Shown: piece by piece, positions 60,394 through 64,000 of the stretch | Numbering within the stretch: position 1 is the stretch's first letter | Layout: each line of letters opens with the position of its first letter | NCBI GenBank assembly: GCA_000002445.1 | Contig: CP000066.1 | Coordinates: 576,001-640,000 of the forward strand | Direction: 5' to 3' | Source: Trypanosoma brucei | Taxonomy: Eukaryota | Length of the DNA stretch: 64,000 bases | The notes under the pieces: model-generated | What the model saw: the letters and a program-made list of their open reading frames with translations, nothing else | Databases searched by the model: none | Told to the model about the DNA's origin: nothing | Program-made: the position numbers and the translations under genes

Positions 60394-61732
60394 TACTAAA
60401 CAATTACATTTGACAAGAGGAATGAAAAAAACACATACACATCGCCACACAAAACCAATGAGTGTCACAAATGTATAATCCCAATACCCACAGTGTTTCA
60501 TACACATAACATTGAACCACATAATAAATATTGCTACAAGAGACGTTAAACCCAACAGAATATGATGCTCCTTCTTCATTGTCAATCCTCCTTCATCCGT
60601 CACATCGTCATCATCCTCACTTCCATTGCATTTCCTCCCACTCTCCTTGAAATATTTACACACAATCAGGTTTTGAGATAGCAACTCTTTCAGTTTATTT
60701 TCATGCCCAGTAAAGGAAACAAAGATCAGCTCTACATCACCGTACCGTTTGGTGATACTCCCATATCATTTTGTGACTAAATTGTAGCTGTTGATAAGCT
60801 AGGGCACTATATCACTGAACATTAGGGTGACAACACCATCCCTATGGTAGTTAACGAAACCTCCGGTAGTTCCCACTATGAAAGTTCCAACTCCTGCAAC
60901 CGCAGCACCTTACGTACCCATGATCCAGCAATTGATGGTTGCTATCGGTTGTAAATTCAATTGGTTGATTAGCTGTGTAATTATTTGTGCAACCAATATA
61001 CCATCATTTGGCATATCTTCAGTGAAAGAGAAATTACACATGTTAGGAGATTCCGCTACTCTGTGCTTATGTTAATTACTTTAACATTCATTTCCTGAAG
61101 AGGCGGCTTTCTCCTTCACAAGACAACAACCATTTGCTTTAGCATTTGTTTGTCTAAAAACCATTACCAGATCCTTCAACACTTGTCCAATTGACAATGA
61201 TGCATTCACAACATGATTAGACACTCTTATTTCGTTTAAATAACTTGCGTCTATTACCTGTCCAGGTTCATCTGTATTCTTCATTATATTCCTCAACCTC
61301 TACGTTATCGCTTTCCATGCCCTTCCCTTTACATCATAGTGATATCACCACATCAGAAACCCATTCAACATTTACATAGCCTCCGATTGTCATCTTCAAA
61401 ACACTAACACTCACAGTCCCCAAGGCACAACTGAAGCTAAATACCGTTTGTGTCCCTTGACGGACACCTCAACTCAGTGCCAGGGTCTAGCACCCTGCTC
61501 AGGTAAGAGAAAAAAAGCGACAGCATCCTACTCCATTAGGATTAAGTTCAGACGGAAAATCCAAGGCTTCAATTCACAATGGAGCACACACCGTAAACGT
61601 TACAGGACAAGCATTATTCTTGGAAATAAAATAGGCACAGTTGCTGTGCCGTCAACTATACCAAAAAGAAATCCACTATTATTACCATTAGTGTTAGTAT
61701 TGGCGCAGTGGAGCCACATATGATGTTGTGTG

Positions 61733-62845
61733 TCACAGCAGAAAGAGCAAAAACACCACCAACGGTGAAATAGCCTGAGCGACATTTTTCGGCCGAAGTG
61801 GCTGGTGTGAGGGTTGGAGTGAGTGATTGGTTCTTGTTTCACCAAGAGGAACCAAGTCAGGGTCGGTGGTGCTTTGTGTAGCTGCACTTGTGTTGGGTGC
61901 CATTGGTGTATTGCCATCAGTTGCCGTTGAGGGAGATTGCTTGGGACGTTGCTCGGGAGATGGATCCTCCTCTGGTTGTACCTTTATTTCCGGGGGTGAC
62001 TGACGGGGTGGTGAGCCTCTTGTTGGAATAGGCGGTTCCCTCTGCTCCTGCGGTGGCATTTTGTTGACTTTTTGTGCATTTTCCTTTTTAGGGGTTTTCA
62101 ACCTTTTGACAAGGTCTTCTAGTTGTGTCAACCACTCAATTTTGACTTGATTTGCTCCTCCGCCTTCCATTTTATAGAAAACACATGGGGCGTTATTTGC
62201 ACTGCCAGACCCTCCACAAGATTTGGTGATCGGCTCCCGCCCGTGTCCGAAGCGCTTAGTTTCCCTCTCTGTTGTTTTCTCGGTCATTTCATTCAGTTTT
62301 TTCCTAAGATTTTGGACGGTTGTGGTTAATGATTCAAAACCGATGCTTTCTATATTAATTTGCTCGGTGCACTTTTGCTTGATTTTCCCCCAACTTTCTT
62401 CGGCTCTGTCCTTGTTTCCCCAACTTTCGGCAGGATCATACCACGCATTGGCTTCGTAGCACAGATTTTTTTGGTGGTCACCGTTTCCGCTGGGTCTGCA
62501 AAGACACAGAAGGTCCAGCGCTAACGCTTTGCCTCCAAATCCGCCTCCGAATATGCTGGTGTAGCCACAGTCAGCTTCTCGTTTTTCTTTTCCAGTCCAA
62601 TTAAGGGAGCCATCGCTGTCACTACCGTACAAGACTTTCATCGCGGAACTGTCGAAGTCGTTTGCGACCTCGGCTGTGAGTCTCTCTTTCTCCACCCACT
62701 CGTGTATTCTCAGTGTCAAATTTAAGAAACTGCAGAGCACGTCAAACTCCCTTTGGTTCAACGTATTTTCTATCTCTGCGGCCGGCACGCTCAACCCTGC
62801 CGCCTTCCAAACCACGCACAGCATAGTCACTAATATTTTCCACAT
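61733..62845 (-). CDS. VSG-related (b-type N-domain-like) surface protein with Pro/Ser/Thr-rich stalk and hydrophobic C-terminal tail
   Basis: The likely start is the ATG at 62845 (MWKILVTMLCVVWKAAGLSV) or at 62860. Motifs are REFDVLCSFLNL and GKALALDLLCLCRPSG. About 90 residues are P/S/T/Q-rich (PPQEQREPPIPTRGSPPRQSPPEIKVQPEEDPSPEQRPKQSPSTATDG...). The C-terminus AISPLVVFLLFLL is GPI-signal-like. Confidence 0.75.
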   Translation of the reverse strand: MWKILVTMLCVVWKAAGLSVPAAEIENTLNQREFDVLCSFLNLTLRIHEWVEKERLTAEVANDFDSSAMKVLYGSDSDGSLNWTGKEKREADCGYTSIFGGGFGGKALALDLLCLCRPSGNGDHQKNLCYEANAWYDPAESWGNKDRAEESWGKIKQKCTEQINIESIGFESLTTTVQNLRKKLNEMTEKTTERETKRFGHGREPITKSCGGSGSANNAPCVFYKMEGGGANQVKIEWLTQLEDLVKRLKTPKKENAQKVNKMPPQEQREPPIPTRGSPPRQSPPEIKVQPEEDPSPEQRPKQSPSTATDGNTPMAPNTSAATQSTTDPDLVPLGETRTNHSLQPSHQPLRPKNVAQAISPLVVFLLFLL

Positions 62846-63158
62846 CGCCTTCCTAAGCATCAATAAAAAAAATGAAACAGATAGTAGAGAAATCTCCAAT
62901 GAGAGGGGCAGGGACACTTTTAAAGGGTGAAAGTTTAACCCTATTAGGTATTTCATGAAACATCAGCAGAGGTCAACCAGAGAAGATATGAAAGCTCATA
63001 TCTCCATAGACTACATTTATTTTTTTAAAAGTCTCTTTACCATCCCAAGACTAGTTTGGCACTTAAGTTTACTTCTGGTTTTGATACTTGCTGCCATTGT
63101 CTTAACCTATCTGCCTTAAAGTTTTGATAACATCAAGGGTTTCCGCTCTTTTTTGGGG

Positions 63159-63390
63159 GCCTCCATCTTCAAATGCATCATTTCTGATCCTTCCGTCACA
63201 TTGTTTGCGGGAGCACTTTACCCTTCCTAACTTTCCCTAGTGAGATGTGGCTGCAGGAGAGCTTTTTCATATGTGGAAATAAAACCACGCGGCTATCCGC
63301 ATATTTGACCCCATATCACGCCGTTATGTTTTTACGAAGAATACCCACCCTTGTGCCATTAAAGCAATAACGTTTTTTTTGTAAAAATGC
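63159..63390 (-). repeat. Inverted-repeat arm B (about 232 bp)
   Basis: It is the reverse complement of 54153-54386 (see arm A) and lies about 200-300 nt upstream of the 61733-62845/62956 gene. Confidence 0.9.
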
Positions 63391-64000
63391 GATTAATTAT
63401 TAACATGACTATTGAAAACGCTATTGTGATGTTGAACATGGTTTACCGTTTCAATTCAATTATTTCACCACAACAATAGCCAAATAATACACGATCTACC
63501 AAACAAACGCAACAGAAAGGCATTCACCAACTTCAGAAAAAAAATTTATTCAAACGGTTTTCAAACAGTACATATCCTACCATTCCCACCCAAAACACCT
63601 CAGAAACTGTTGATTTTCAAGGTAAATCACAAATCGAAACATAAGCAGCAAACTACCCCACCCATACAAATACACGAGAATAAATGTGGTATAACAATAC
63701 CAGATAAGCTCGGTGACCGTATCCTACACCAAAATAGGTATTAATAACAATGTGAGGCTTGGGCACAAAATATGAAGGGCCATTGATTCCGCCTTTTTTC
63801 TTAGGGCAGAGGAGTTCTGTTCCCTTTCATTGGTGATGAGGCTATTATTATCACCCCAAAACCAGTTTTTTTTATCACTGCCTCTCCATGTGGATATTTT
63901 CCTTGTCTGGCGACCCGGCACTCACTTTTTTCTGCTTTTCTTAGGTGATGTTAATTGATTGCCTTACAGCCTATACCATTTATCTATTCACGAACGTTAC

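Larger units (their letters stand above)
55198..64000 (-). other. PTU-C (3' end): minus-strand array ending in a surface-protein gene cluster
   Basis: Four minus-strand ORFs with signal peptides. The spacers are A/purine-rich on the plus strand. The array runs toward the convergent strand switch at about 53.5-55.2 kb and continues beyond the right edge of the window. Confidence 0.8.

Overview
This window is eukaryotic, not prokaryotic. It holds 64 kb of intron-less, tightly packed ORFs in long same-strand arrays, separated by T-rich or low-complexity spacers. That is the layout of kinetoplastid polycistronic transcription units (PTUs). The gene content (PACRG, glycosomal RING peroxins PEX2 and PEX10, an AGC kinase resembling AEK1, VSG-related surface genes) points to an African trypanosome of the Trypanosoma brucei group. 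From memory, the SCS-alpha / PACRG / AEK1 synteny fits T. brucei chromosome 3, but I cannot BLAST, so this is inference. Layout: (1) PTU-A on the minus strand (1-9393, 7 CDS, the first running off the window edge). (2) A 2.5-kb divergent strand-switch region (9394-11857) carrying a C11/G11 tract and an unusually GC-rich, ORF-poor, hairpin-rich block of about 1.1 kb. (3) PTU-B on the plus strand (11858-53539, 24 CDS, mostly housekeeping). (4) A 1.7-kb convergent strand-switch region (53540-55197). (5) PTU-C on the minus strand (55198-64000), whose last four genes form a VSG-related/surface-protein cluster bracketed by a ~232-bp inverted repeat (54153-54386 vs 63159-63390, about 93% identical by hand alignment). 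Several ORF-track entries start at non-ATG codons inside upstream polypyrimidine tracts, and I trimmed those to the first plausible ATG. I found no rRNA, tRNA, CRISPR array or intact retrotransposon. The most interesting items are the inverted-repeat-bracketed surface-gene cluster next to a transcription-termination zone, the structured GC-rich block in the divergent SSR, a kinesin-like protein with degenerate nucleotide-binding motifs plus a PH domain, and a Clp1 homologue with a degenerate Walker A motif.
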